Positions 52,028 through 64,000 of a stretch of 64,000 nucleotides of DNA are shown piece by piece (the stretch's first letter is position 1; each line of letters begins with the position of its first letter). Origin of the DNA: Scenedesmus sp. PABB004 (taxonomy: Eukaryota); NCBI GenBank assembly GCA_014905635.1, contig JABVCE010000029.1, positions 248,001-312,000 on the forward strand. Direction: 5' to 3'. Both the position numbers and the translations under genes were made by a program. Below the pieces are notes generated by a model. That model was given only the letters and a program-made list of their open reading frames with translations, did no database searches and was not told the origin of the DNA.

Positions 52028-53212
52028 CGCGGCAGCCGAGTGCCGCTGCAGCCCTGTGGCGCTGCCAGCCAACCGGGGAGCAGCAGCGGCGGCGGCTCGG
52101 TGAGCGCCGCGCCGCGCCGCGTGCCGCGCCGCTGCGCTGCGCCGCGCCGCGCCGCGCCGCGCAATCGCCCGCGGCTCGCGCGCGCAGGTGCTGACGGTGC
52201 CCACGATGCTCACGCTCGCGCGCGTCGCGGCCATCCCGGCGCTCATCGCGGCGTGGTTCTGGCCGAGCCCCGCCGGCGGCGCGGTCGTGACTGGCATCTT
52301 CATTGCAGCCAGCCTCACCGACTGGTTGGATGGCTACCTGGCACGCAAGCTGGTGCGTGCGCCAGGCGGGCGGGCGGCGGGAGGAGGCAGGGAGGCGGCA
52401 GGCGGCGACAGGCGGCGGCAGGCGGCGGCAGGCAGCGGCAGGCGGCGGCAGGCGGCGGCAGGGAGCACGCGGCGGCGGCGGCGGCCCGCTCACGCGGGCG
52501 TGCACTGCCGCCGCCGCCGCTGCGCCGCCAGAACGCGTCGTCCGCGTTTGGTGCGTTCCTGGACCCCGTGGCCGACAAGCTCATGGTCGCGACAGTGCTG
52601 GTGCTGCTCAGCACGCAGCCGCTTGCGGCGGGGCCGCTCGCAGGCAACGCGTGGGCGCTGCCCGTCGCGACGCTCGGTGCGCCACGCTCTGCGCCGCGCC
52701 GCCGCTGGCGGCGGCTCTCGCGCTCGGCCGCGCCGCGCTGGGCGACGCCCGGCGCGCGCGGCCACGGGGGCCGCGGCTCACGCGCTGCCGCCGCCGCCGG
52801 CGCGCGTCGGTCGGCGCAGTGATCATCGGCCGCGAGATCACCATGTCCGCGCTGCGCGAGTGGGCGGCCACGCTCGGCGGCGAGGCCAAGGCGGCGGTGG
52901 CGGTCAACGCGTGGGGCAAGTGGAAGACCGCGACGCAGGCACGGCGCGGCGCGGCGGCACGCGTGCGCCGCGCACGCCGGCGCGGCGGCGGCCCGCCCGC
53001 GTGCCCGCTCGCCCGCACCCGACGCACTCGCGCCGCCCCGCGCCGCGCAGATGGCGGCGCTGACCTGCCTGCTCTACACGCGCGACGGCGCGGTCGGGCA
53101 GCTCGGCGCCGCGGCGGCGGCCGCGGGCCCGCCGCTGCTGTGCGTCGCGGCGTGGCTGACCGCGCACTCGCTCGCCCTCTACCTCGCCGCGCTCTGGCGC
53201 TTCATGAAGTGA
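51755..53212 (+). CDS. PGP1: CDP-diacylglycerol:glycerol-3-phosphate phosphatidyltransferase (PGP synthase), organellar, 5 exons
   Basis: VLTVPTMLTLARV, TDWLDGYLARK, FGAFLDPVADKLMV, IIGREITMSALREW, AVAVN.WGKWKTATQM. Confidence 0.92.
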
Positions 53213-53580
53213 GGCGGCGGTGACGCAAGGCCGCGGGACGGCGTGTGCGCGGCACGCGAGCGCCGGCGCGCGTGCGCGTGTGCTGCGCGCGCGCTGGCGC
53301 GCGCGGGCCGGGGTGGCGGCGCGTGCCCGAGCGCGCGCGGGGCGGGGCGGGCGGGCGGCACTGCTCTCTGTTCCCAACTGGGCCCGGCGGCGCCGGCGAC
53401 GCCGCGGCCGGCGGTGGCAGGCGCGGCGCGCGGGGAGCAGCGCGCTGGTACGAGCGGTTCTCCGCGCCGCGCCGCGGCGCCGGTAAGTTGCGGGCGGCGG
53501 CCGCGAGCTCCCAGTTGTGTCCCGAGCTCTCCTGCGTGCCCGTCGATGAGCCGCTAGCTGAGCGAGCTCGCGCGCCCTGA

Positions 53581-56500
53581 ATGCCGCGCAGCAGCAGCCG
53601 AGCCTCCAAGCGCGCCCGCCCGCCCAGTGACTCCAGCGCTGCGACGGTGGAGTCGCCCTTTGCTCGCGCGAGGACGGGCATGGACGGCCCGGGCGCCCCG
53701 CACGGGTGCGCACGGCGGGGTAGGCGGGGTGCCAGCGGCCGCGCCAGCGCTCCGTCCCGCCCGGCGGCGACCGCAGCAGTTCTGGCGGAGCCTGTAGAGC
53801 AGCTTGGGCCGACCAGGCGGGCACGGCGCCGCCCACGCGCGCGGGCCAGCCCCAGTAGCGGGCCCGCGCTGCCCTGGCCGCCCGCGCCGAGGGCCGCCCC
53901 GGGCGCGGGGGGCCAGCCGGGACGCGACGACCGCCAGCGCGCAGCTCACGCCGGCAGCGCGGCGCCCGCGGCGGTCCGCCGCGCCGCCGCGCCGCGCGCG
54001 CCGCGCGCGCCGCTGCTCACCGCCGCGCGCGCCGCCGCCGCCGCCCGCGCGCCGCCGCAGGGACCCGGGGCGCCAGCTGGGCAGCAGCAAGAGCATGGGC
54101 TGCCTCCGCGCCGCGCCGGGCGCGCCGGACGCGGCGCCGCCGCAGCAGCGCGCGGCGCAGCACTCGCAGCAGCCGCAGCAGCCGCAGCAGCCGCAGCAGC
54201 CGCAGCAGCCGGCCGGCGTGGTCTACAGCGGCATGCAGGACATCGCCTCGACGGTGGAGATCTACAAGGGCAGGTGCGCGACCAGCAGACCCCGGCCGGC
54301 GACCCGGCGAGCCGGCGGCGGCGGCAGGCGTGGTCGCGCCCGCCCGCCCACACGCGCCCACGCGGCGGCCGCAGGCACTCCATCGTGTGGAACGCCGTCT
54401 GCGCGCGCACCAAGCGGCCCATCATCCTCAAGGGCTACGTCAAGGTGCGCGCGCGCGCGGGCCGCCCGACCGCGCCGCGGCGCCAGCGGCGGCGCCCCCC
54501 GACAGGCTGGCGCGGGGCCGACGCGCGCGGCGCGCGCCCGCAGGCCAAGATGACGGAGCGCAACTTCCACCAAGTGCGGCGGGAGATTCGGCTCATGCAG
54601 ATCATAAAGTGAGACCGGGGGGGGGGGGCAGGGCGCGGGCAGGGCAGGGCCGGGCGGCATGGAGGGGCGCGGGGCGTCGTGACGGGCGGGCGGGCCGGCG
54701 GCGGCCGCCGCGCGCGCCGGGCGCGGTGTGCAGGGCCTGACGCCGCGGGGCGCCCGCCGCGTGCGCGCGCGCGCGCGCAGCTACGACGGCGCCGTGAAGC
54801 TGCTGGGGCACTTTGAGGACGAGGGCACCATCTACCTGGTGCAGGAGATGTGCGCCAAGGTGCGGGCGGCGGCCTGCGCAGGCCGGCGTGGAGCGCTCGC
54901 ATGTCAGCATGCACGCGCCCGCACGCCACAATGCACGCGCGTCGTCCTCTCACGCCGCATTCGACGACACAACCACGCGCCGCCGCCCCCAAACTTCAAC
55001 CATACAGGGCGACCTGTTCAAGAAGCTCATCCGCTCGGGCGGCCTGCTCGACGAGGCCTGGGTCGCGGGGCGCGTCATGCTGCCAATGCTGCTCACGCTC
55101 GAGCACCTCCACGCGCGCGCCATCTACCACCGGTGCGCGCGCCGGGGCAGCGCGCGCGCGCGCGCCGGCCCGCGCAGCCGAGGCGGCGCGCGGCCGGCGC
55201 TCTGCGTCCCCCCGCCGCCGCCGCCCGCGCTCGGACCGACCACGCGCGCGCGCGCGCGGCACACACGGGCCTCACACCCCGTTGCCGCCGGGCGCCGCCG
55301 CTCTGGCGCCGCCGCGCCAGGGACATCAAGCCTGAGAACATCTTCCTCACGCGCGAGGGCGCGTTCAAGCTCGGCGACTTTGGCCTCGCGATTGACGCGA
55401 GCCTCGAGCGCTCACGGTCGCGCGTCGGCACGCTCGACTACATGAGCCCCGAGGTGCGCCGCGGCGGCGGCGGCGCGGCGGGCTGGGGGCGCGGCGCACG
55501 GGGCGCGGCGGCGGGGCGGCGTGCGCAGGCGATTGGTGAGGCTCACGCACGGGGTCGTGCGGGGGCGCCGCAGGTGGTGAGCCTGCCGACCGCGGACGAG
55601 CGCAAGAAGATGGAGGCCGCCGGGCAGCGCGTGCCGGAGCAGCCGTACGGCGAGAAGGTGCGCGCACGCGGGCGCGCACGGCGCGGCGGCGGCGGCGCCC
55701 CGCGCCGCGCCCGGCGCGGGCCAAGCGCCGCGCCGCGCCATCACCCCGCGCCATCGCCGCCCCGCGCGGCGCAGTGCGACATCTGGGCGTGCGGCGTGCT
55801 CGCGTACGAGCTGCTGGTCGGCAAGCCGCCGTTTGAGGTCAAGGACGAGGGCGAGACGCGCAAGCGCATCATGTTTGACAACACCCTGAAGTTCCCGCCC
55901 CACGTGCGGCCCGAGGCCGTGAACTTCATCAAGACCGCGCTCGCCAAGAACGCGGGTGCGCGGCATGGCAACGGCGGCGGACGGCGGCGGGCGGCGGCGC
56001 GGCGCGCGACGCGCGCCGCGCGCGCGAGGGTCTGCGCCGGCGGTGCCGGCCCTGGTCGACGCCGTGCGGCGGCGCGCCGCGCCGCAGGCATGCGGCCGAG
56101 CGCGTCGGAGCTGGTGCACCACGCGTGGCTGCGGCCGCACCTCATGGCGATGGCGGCGGGCTCGGGGCAGCTCGACGCCGCGACGCTCAGGTGCGTGCGC
56201 GGCCACGCACCGCTCGTCGCCGCGCGCCGCGCGCAGCGCGCCTCCGCGGCGCGGCCACGCCGCCAGCGCTCACGCCCCCCGCTGCGCTCGGCGCCCGCGC
56301 CCCCCGCTGCGTCCGGCCTGCGCCCCGCAGCGCTTACTGCAGCATGGAGCCGAGCCTGGCGGCCAGCGGCGCCGCGATGGCGGCCTCGGCGAGCGGCGGC
56401 CGCCCCGGCTGCGGCGCCGGCGGCGGCGGCGGGTTTGGCGGCCACGCCGCGCCGGCGGCGGGCCAGGGCGGCCCCGGCGCGCCGCGCAGCGCGAGCTTCA

Positions 56501-57333
56501 CCGGCGCGGTGCGCCCCGCGGGCCTGGCCTTTGCGACCGGCGGGCCCGGGCGGCTGCAGCTGTCGGTTGACCCCTGCGCGCCGCCGTCGGCCGCGGCGCT
56601 GGCGGGCCTGGAGCCGGGCGCGGGCCTCGCGCACGCGTCGGTGCAGCTCTCGCACCACCTCTCGTCGAGCGGCAGCGGGCGGCACATGGGCGCGGCGTCG
56701 CCGACGATGCCGACCACGCCCGGGCCGTACGGCCCGCCCGGCATGTCGCGCAAGCCCGTCTGGGAGGCGTGAGTTGCCTCGGCCGGGGCTGTGCGCGGGC
56801 GCGGGCGCGGCCGGGGCGCTGGCTCTGTTCGTGCGGAGCCGCGGCGCGTCCGGCGGCGCCGGCGGGCCGAGCCGCCGCGCGCACGCGTGCTCACCGAGCC
56901 CCGCCGCCCGCCGCGCGCGCCTCCCCGCCCGTCGCCGCGCAGGGACCAGTACGGCGCGGGCGCCTTCACCGCCGTGCGCACGACGCCGATGAGCGGGCTC
57001 GAGGCGCCGCCGTCGCCGACGAGCCCGCGGCTTCGCCCGGCCGGCCACGCGGGCGGCGGCGCCAACCCGCTGCTCAAGGCGGCGCTCAACGCAAACCTCA
57101 CCCGCATGACCCAGCACCAGCAGCAGCACGGCCACGCCGGCGGCGGCGGCGGCGGGAGCGCGCACGGCGGCGGCAGCGCGCCGGGCCAGCTCGGCGGCGC
57201 GCACGGCGGCGGCGAGCTGGAGCCGCAGCACGGCGTGTCGTCCAACGTGAAGCAGCGGCTGCGCGAATACTTTGTGGCGCGCAACCCCGAGGTGCCGGCC
57301 GCAGCGGCGCCGACGCCGGAGTCCGGCTGCTAG
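53581..57333 (+). CDS. Aurora-like Ser/Thr kinase (green-algal type), ~12 exons; start ATG 53581 or 53680
   Basis: HQVRREI, YHRDIKPEN, KLGDFGLAID, RVGTLDYMSPEV, DIWACGVLAYELLVGKPPF, RPSASEL..H.W; all introns GT-AG. Confidence 0.9.
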
Positions 57334-58362
57334 GGGCGCGGCGGCCGCCGCCCCGGGCGCGCGCGGCTGGCGGCGGGCGGCGTGCTCGCGCTCGCGCTGG
57401 TCCTCGCGCTGGCGAGCAGGGGGCGGCGGCCGCGGCACGCGGCGGGGGCGAACGGGCCGCGCTGCAGCGGGGCAGTCGGCCGGGCGGGCGGGGCGGGGCG
57501 GCGGGCGAGCGGGCGAGCGGGCGCAATGATGCATGCACAGGGCAGCGCGAGTGCTGCCGCTACCTAGCCCTCGCTCGCCCTGCTCCTAGACAGACCTGTG
57601 TTGCTGGCGCGTGCGACAACCGCGCGCCCCCACTGCTCTTGCCTGGGAGTGCGCTGTCGCCACGGCGGCGGCGGGCGGCGGCGGCGGCGGCGGCGGCGCT
57701 CTGAAATCGCCGCGCAGGGGGCTGCCGTCCCGCAGCCGGGCGGCAGCCCCCCGCGCGGCGTGGCGCCGCCCCTGCTGACCGCGCCGCTCGCACGCGCGCG
57801 CCCAGCCTCTGCGCTGGGCGGCGCGAAAATAAGCGCGGCTCGGCCCAGCGGCCGCAGCCGGCGCGGAGCAGCAGCAGCAGCAGCAGCACTGGACCAGCAG
57901 CAGCACTGAACCATACCCTTGGCTGTCCGGGCCTGCCCGGCAGCACAAGCCAGCGGCGGCAGTCGTGCCGCGTGCGGGTGTGCCGCCCCCCACTCTGTTT
58001 GGACTGACTCACTGCACAGACTAACCGACCCCGGGCTCGCAGCGTCGCTGCTCAGGCGGCGGGCTGGGCTGGCGGGCGGGCGGGCGGCCGTGTGCGGCGA
58101 GCGCGCGAGCTCGACCGAGCCGGTGGCCCCTCGGACGGGCGGCGGGGCAGCGCTTCGCTGCCGTGGCATTGCGCTCCGTGCCTGCAGCGGAGCAGGCGCG
58201 GCGCTGCGCAGGCGCAGGCGCAGGCGCGTCCCACCACCGTGGGGCGGGCTCGCTGTCATTGCTGGCGCGCGGCCGGGCGCGGCGCCGGACGTAGAGGGCA
58301 GAGTCGGATTGCCGTGCCGCGCACGGGCAGGGCGGCGGCGCCGGGCCGAGTAACGCAGGCGC

Positions 58363-61041
58363 CTACGCCTCGCCGTCGCCGCTGCCGCCGCCCGCCTCAT
58401 CGTCCTCGCCGGGGCCGCCGCCGTCGTGCAGCGCGCCGCCGCCGGCGCCGTGCGCGCCGAGCTCGGCCGCCGGCACGCCCGCGAGCGTCGCTTCGCCGTG
58501 GCGGGCCATAAAGTCAAGAAAGGCGGCCAGCAGCTCGCAGTCGCACGCCTGCAGCACCACGCGCACGGCGAGCCGGTACAGCGCCGCCTCGCGCGTCCGC
58601 GCGCCGGGCGGCAGCGAGCGCGACGCCGCGAGCGCGCGCAGCAGCGCCGACAGCCCGCGGCGGCACGGCAGCCACGCCGCGGGCAGCGCGGGCCGCACGA
58701 TGACGCCCAGGTACTCCCGCGGGTGCGCGGCGGAGAGGTAGGGGTTGACGACGAGCCGCCAGAGCAGGTCGGGCGGCGCGCCGGGCGTCTCGAGCAGCGC
58801 GCGCGCCGCCGCGGCCGCGGCGCACGGCCCCGGGCCGCCGCCGCCCGGCGCGCCGTCGTCGGGCAGGGCGAGGTGGGGCGCGAGGACGCGGACGACGCGG
58901 CCGAGCAAGCGCGCGGTGCGGCCGGCGGCGGCGAGCGCCAGGCGCAGCTCCGACGCCAGCCCGTGGGCCAGGCAGTGCCGCGCGAGCGCGGCCAGCACCT
59001 CGTCGCGCACGCTCGACACGCCCGGCGGCAGCGCCGGCAGCAGCTCGCACAGCAGCTGCGTGCTGGTCGGCGCGCCCGCGCTCGCCGCGCTGCACAGCAG
59101 CGTCACCAGGCAGCAGGTCACGCTGGCGCCGCCGCCCAGCGGGCCTCCTGTCAGCGCTGCCTCGGGCGCGGCGGCGTCCGCGGGCCCGGCCGCTGGCGGC
59201 GGCGCGGGCGCCGCCGCGGGGCTGCCGCCGGCGCCGCCAGCGCTGCTGCTGCTGCTCCCGGGGCTGCTGCTCGCCTCGCACGCCCAGGTGAAGGGCAGCG
59301 AGACCTCGCCAAGCAGGTCCCGCACGGTCGCGGTGTCGCGCGCGCGCACAGCAGCGACCAGCTCGCCGCGCTTGGCGGCTGCCTTGAAGGCCACGGGGCG
59401 CTCGGAGCCAGCGTCCAGGATGGTCTGCGCCACCAGCGGCCAGCCAAACTCCAGCGCCGCCGCCGCCGCCGCGGGGCCGGCCCGCACGAGCACCGTCGGC
59501 GCGACGCGCAACACCCAGCCCACTTTGTCGCCCTCGCCCGCCTGCGCCAGCAGGAGCAGCACGTCGCGCAGCTGCTCCGGCTGCTCCGTGCACGCCTCGG
59601 CCTGCAGCGGCGGCGGCGGCAGGGGGGGGGGGGGGGGCATCGGCGGCCTGCCACGCCGACGCCTGGCGCCTCGGCGGCGGCGGCGCTGCGGGCGCGGCGG
59701 CGCCTGGGCGGGCAGGGCAGTCGGCCTGGCGCGAGGGCGCACCCGGAGCGTCTCAAAGATGGCGTCCGCCGTCGCCCGCTGCGCCGGCCCCGCCTGCAGC
59801 GCCATCGCCAGCGGCCGCGCCAGCAGCGGCACAAGCTCCAGGCGGTACGCCGCCGCCGTGTGGTCCAGCAGCGCCGCCAGCGTGTGCGGCGGCCACGCGT
59901 GCACCGCGGCGTCCGCCGCGGCGAGCTGCAGCGGGCGCGAGCTGAGTGCACGGTGCGCGAGCAGCAGGCGCAGCGCGTCGCCGTGCCCCGCGCGCCCCGC
60001 CGCCGCGAGCGCCGCCGGCAGCTGCTGCTTGACCACGGCGTCGCTGCAGGCCGCCAGCACGTCGGCCAGCACGCCAGCTGCGCCGCTGCCGGCCGCGGCC
60101 ACGACGACGAAGCGGCTGCTGCCCACCAGCCGCCGCAGCAGCGCCGCCTGCTGCTGCGGCAGCTCGTCCAGCAGGCATTGAAGGCGCGGCGGCGGCGGCG
60201 GCGGCTGCTTCTGCTGCTGCGGCGGCGGCGTGCTGGCGCTGGCCCCGGCGCCGGCGGCGTCGCTGCCGCCGGCGGGAGCGCCCCCGCTCGGCGCCGACGC
60301 CGTCGCCGTCGCCACGAGGCTCTGCGCTAGCGCGGCAACGCAGCGCCCGTGCCCGCCGCCCGCCGCCGCCTCCAGAGCCGCCAGCAGCAGGTCGAGCCGC
60401 GCCGCGCCGCGCCGCCCGCTGCGCGGCAGCGCCGCCAGCAGCTCGGACAGGCAGGCCTCCCGCCCCGCCGCCGCCGCGCGCACGAGCGACGCCTGCAGCA
60501 GGCCTGCGCCCATGTGCTGCAGCCGCGTCTCCGGCGGCAGCGCCTGCTGCCACACGCCGCCGCCGGCAGCAGCGCCTGCTGCTGCTGTGCGCCGCGCGTC
60601 CAGCACCGCGCGCAGCAGGGCTGGGTGCCGGCTCCCGGCCACAGCGGGGAGCAGCGTGTGCGCCGCGTGCGGCGCCTGCTCCGTCAGCAGGTCCAGCCAC
60701 GCGCCGCGGGCGGCGGCGCTGCTGCTGCTGCTGCTGCTGCCGCCAGCCGCAGCCGCGACAAACCGTCCCAGCGCCTCCACACTGCTGTCGGGTGGCAGGC
60801 CCCGCCACGCCAGCAGCTGAAGCAGGACCGGCCGCTCCTGGTGCCGCTGCTGCGTGCGCCACCAATCCAGTTTCGCCAGCGGGCTCCCCACCGCGCGGCG
60901 CAAACACGAGCAGCTTGCCTGCAGCGGCCACGGATCAGGCAGGCGGGCCGCGATGGCGGTGAGCGCGCATTCGGGCAGGTCGAGCAGCGCTGTGGCAGCG
61001 CCGTCGCCTGCGTCTGCTGCTGCTTGCGGCGGCGGCGCCAT
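58363..61041 (-). CDS. Protein with N-terminal F-box-like motif and degenerate ankyrin-like repeats
   Basis: LLDLPECALTAIAARL; LVRAAAAGREACLSELL, LEAAAGGGHGRCVAAL, LAAAGRAGHGDALRLLL; probable in-frame intron 59742-59602. Confidence 0.6.
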   Translation of the reverse strand: MAPPPQAAADAGDGAATALLDLPECALTAIAARLPDPWPLQASCSCLRRAVGSPLAKLDWWRTQQRHQERPVLLQLLAWRGLPPDSSVEALGRFVAAAAGGSSSSSSSAAARGAWLDLLTEQAPHAAHTLLPAVAGSRHPALLRAVLDARRTAAAGAAAGGGVWQQALPPETRLQHMGAGLLQASLVRAAAAGREACLSELLAALPRSGRRGAARLDLLLAALEAAAGGGHGRCVAALAQSLVATATASAPSGGAPAGGSDAAGAGASASTPPPQQQKQPPPPPPRLQCLLDELPQQQAALLRRLVGSSRFVVVAAAGSGAAGVLADVLAACSDAVVKQQLPAALAAAGRAGHGDALRLLLAHRALSSRPLQLAAADAAVHAWPPHTLAALLDHTAAAYRLELVPLLARPLAMALQAGPAQRATADAIFETLRVRPRARPTALPAQAPPRPQRRRRRGARRRRGRPPMPPPPPLPPPPLQAEACTEQPEQLRDVLLLLAQAGEGDKVGWVLRVAPTVLVRAGPAAAAAALEFGWPLVAQTILDAGSERPVAFKAAAKRGELVAAVRARDTATVRDLLGEVSLPFTWACEASSSPGSSSSSAGGAGGSPAAAPAPPPAAGPADAAAPEAALTGGPLGGGASVTCCLVTLLCSAASAGAPTSTQLLCELLPALPPGVSSVRDEVLAALARHCLAHGLASELRLALAAAGRTARLLGRVVRVLAPHLALPDDGAPGGGGPGPCAAAAAARALLETPGAPPDLLWRLVVNPYLSAAHPREYLGVIVRPALPAAWLPCRRGLSALLRALAASRSLPPGARTREAALYRLAVRVVLQACDCELLAAFLDFMARHGEATLAGVPAAELGAHGAGGGALHDGGGPGEDDEAGGGSGDGEA

Positions 61042-61187
61042 CGCCGCTACCCGGCTCGGTCCGGCCTGCGTGTGTCGTTACGCCCAACCCGAAGGCCGCA
61101 ACTCATGCAGCCGCCCGGCCCGCAAGCAAACGACGAGTCAGTGACGTCAACACCGGCGCGCCTCCCGCGCTGGATAACGTACACGCG

Positions 61188-61479
61188 TCAATGCACGACG
61201 CGAAGCAGCTCACGCCACGGTTCCGGCGCGTCCAGCCAGCGCACGTCCACGCCCAACTGCGCCGCGAGGGGCGCCACGCGCGCTACGAGCTCGCGGCTGA
61301 CCAGCGGCGGCGGACGGCGCGGGCCGCCCGGGCGCGGCGCGCCGGGCGCGGCCGCGCCGCCCGCGTGCGCGCCGCCGAGGCCCGCCCACTCCCACCCCAC
61401 CCACTCCTCCCACTCCTCCTCCGCCTCCGCCTCCTCCTCGGCGCTGGCGTCGCTCAGGATGCTGCTCGCGGGGGTGTCC

Positions 61480-61524
<45 letters not shown>

Positions 61525-62364
61525 GCGCCGCCGCCGCGGGGGCCGCGCGCGCCGCAGCCCTCCAGCACCACCAGCGGCGCGAGGCGCGCGGCAATCGCGT
61601 GGGCGAGCCACTTGGACGTCAGGTCGGCGCACGCGGCAAAGCGCAGCTCGCGCAGGTGCGGCATCGCGCGCGCCGCGGCGGCGAGGTGCCCCGCGGCGAA
61701 GAAGCCGCCGGCGTGGTAGGTGCCGCGAATGACGAGGCGCCGCACGCTGGCCTGGTGCTGCCACAGGGCGATGTCCTCCTGGTCGTTGTAGTCGGCGTCT
61801 GGGCGGCGCGGCGCGGCGCAGCGTGGCAGGCGGGCAGGGGCGCGGGGGCGCGGGGGAGCGGCGCGCGTGCGCGTGAGGAAGGGAGCGCAGGCGGGCGCTG
61901 CGGTGCGGGCGCGCGCGGCCGCCCGAGAGCGCGCAGCGTCCAGCCCCGGCTCACCCCAGTTGCGCTCCGGCGGCAGGTAGAATTCCAGATGGGTCAGCTG
62001 GGGCAGCGTCGGCACGCCGCCGGGCTTGAGCTGCGCGGGCGGCACGGCGCGGGGGGCGGGTGGGCGGCGGCGCGCGCGCGCTGCGCACCCCGCGCGCGTC
62101 GGCCCGCGCGCCGCCGCCGCCGCCGCCGCGCCCGCCGCCTCACCTCGACCTGGCCGAGCATGTGCAGGCGCAGCTCGCGCAGCCCCGCGAGCGGCGCGCT
62201 GCTGGTGCGCATGATCTTGCACAGCCCGGTGACGCAGACGTCGAGCCGCGCCAGCGCGCCCTGCCCCCGCAGCACGTCGCCGTACGGCGTGAGACCCGGC
62301 GGCGCGTCGCTCAGCGGCGGCGGTGGCGGCGGCGGCGGCAGCTCCGCCTCGACCGCGGCCGCCG

Positions 62365-62402
<38 letters not shown>

Positions 62403-64000
62403 TGCTGCTGTTGCTGCTGGTGCTGCTGCTGCTGCTGCTGCTCCATGTGCTCCGCTGCCGCCGCCGCCGCCGCCATGAACGCCGCATGCGCCTCCTGCTG
62501 CGCCGCAGGCGGCGCCTGCGCCTCCGCCTCCGCCGCCGCCGCCTGCGCCGGCGCCTGCGCCGCCGCCTGTGCCGCCGGCGGCGCCGCCGGCGCGAGCTGC
62601 GCGAGCACCTCCGCTGGCCCGAGCTGCGCGACCAGGTCCAGCGCAAAGCCAGGCGCCAGCACCTGCGCGCGGCGCGGCGGTGGGCGGCGTGGGCGCCGTC
62701 GGCGCGGGCGGCGGGCGCCGCCGCGCCCCGCCCCTCCTCACGCCAGTGCGGCGCCCGCTGGCAGCGCCGTGGTCGCTGCTGCGCGCGGCCCGCACCTGGT
62801 CCAGGACGTCATTCTCAATCGCCTGCAGGTCTGCCAAGGCGAGCCCCTGCGCCACGCCCTGCTGCAGCGCCTGCTGGATGCCCTCGACCACCGCCGCCTG
62901 CAGCGCCTCCTGCAGCTGCGCCGCGGCGGCCGCGGGGAGCGGCCCCGCCGCGCCGGCGGCGACGCCGCCGGCCGCCGCGCCGCCCGCCGCGACGCCGCCG
63001 GCCGCCGCGCCTGCCGCGGCGGCGTGGAAGCCGCCCTGCGGCGCGAGCGCGGCGCCCAGGAAGCCGCCGGGCTGGCCGCCGCCGGCCTGCAGGAAGCCGT
63101 CAAAGGCGGGCGGCAGCGCCTCCTGCTCCCAGTCCTGCGCGGCGCGGGCGGGCGGGCGCGGGCGGGGCGGGCGGGCGCCGCCGCGCGTGGGCGGCGGGCT
63201 GCGGCCGCGCCTGCCGCCGCCGCCACACGCTGCCCCCAGCCGCGCGCGCGTGCGCACCTGGAGGTCGGGCAGCACGAACGAGCCGTGCCCCACGTTGCGC
63301 AGGCGCTTATACGACACCTCCTCCAGCGCCGGCGCGAGCACCACGAGCGGCAGGCGCCACCAGAGCGTGCCGCAGCGCAGCACGCGCAGCCCGGGCAGCA
63401 GCGGCACGCGCACGCGCGCGCCGCTGACGACGAGCTCGCCAGGGCCGGCGCCGCCGATGCCGCCGCCTCCGGGGCTGCCGGCGCCGGCCGGGCTGTGCGG
63501 CGGCGGGCTGCCGCCGCCGCGGCCGGCGCGCGCCGCGGCCATCGCGGCGGCCACCGCCGCGGCCTCCTCGGGGGAGAGCCGGCTGCCGAGCTGGTCGTCC
63601 TGGCCCTCGGCGCTGTAGCCCATGACCAGCTCCGGCAGCACCAGGTTGGTGAGCGCGGCGCAGGCCGAGAGCGGCTGCAGCATGCGCAGGCTCGGCGCCC
63701 AGTGGCCGACCTCGACCGCGAGGCTCCGCAGCGCCGTCAGCGCGGCGACGCACTGCACCGCGCCGAGGGGCATCTGGTGGTGCGGGGCGAACCAGTCGTT
63801 CGGGGACGACGCGCGCAGCGCGAGGCGCGTGAGCGCGGCGAGCGCGGGCAGGGCGCAGAGCAGCGCGCCCGCCGCGGCGACGCCGCTCGCGCCGGCGTCG
63901 CCGTCGGCGCCGGCGTGCTGCAGCTTGAGCTCCAGGCGCCGCAGGCCCGCCGGCAGCGGCAGCGCCTCCTCCCCCGGCGCCAGCAGCAGCGGCGCGTCGA
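61188..64000 (-). CDS. Leucine-rich-repeat (RNI-like) protein with polyQ, 5'-partial
   Basis: LTALRSLAV, LTNLVL, LPGLRVLRC, LAGLRELRL, LPQLTHLEF, MPHLRELRF; four GT-AG introns; reading frame open to the window edge. Confidence 0.65.
62367..62441 (-). repeat. Coding CAG repeat (polyglutamine tract)
   Basis: (ctg)n on the + strand reads as EQQQQQQHQQQ... in the LRR protein exon. Confidence 0.8.

Noticed and set aside
52370..52485. Regularly spaced GGCGGCGGCA units suggesting a CRISPR-like array
   Set aside because: A simple intronic minisatellite without unique spacers or cas genes, in a eukaryotic context.
54250..54400. Aurora-like kinase lacking a canonical GxGxxG loop (YKGRHSIVW)
   Set aside because: A degenerate P-loop is, as I recall, common in algal Aurora-like kinases, and all other catalytic motifs are intact.

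Overview
This is a gene-dense, extremely GC-rich, intron-rich eukaryotic nuclear window. It looks like a chlorophyte green alga (GTGCG/GTGAG donors, TGTAA polyadenylation signals, OPR proteins, algal Aurora-like kinase); the species cannot be fixed from sequence alone. Manual splicing recovers about 20 protein genes: the 3' part of an outer-arm dynein gamma-type heavy chain, two divergent OPR-like proteins, a secreted sulfatase, a GONST-type nucleotide-sugar transporter, a probable plastid protein, serine acetyltransferase, acylphosphatase, a strictosidine-synthase-like protein, two paralogous OSR1/SPAK-type STE20 kinases, a WSCD-type sulfotransferase, a large secreted TSP1-like/coiled-coil protein, a Cys-rich surface protein, RPAP1, SEC12-like, PGP synthase, an Aurora-like kinase, an F-box-like/ankyrin-like protein and a partial LRR protein. 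I found no rRNA, tRNA, CRISPR array or transposon. The strongest unusual signal is in splicing: by hand count about 19 of ~103 introns use a GC donor, always directly after an exonic AG. Other observations include a CAQTR sulfatase motif, a kinase paralog with a ~42-aa activation-loop insert and three missing 3' introns, RFxV/I motifs in the other kinase, a SAT without the terminal Ile, and two single-base frameshifts. All gene models are manual inferences without transcript data.
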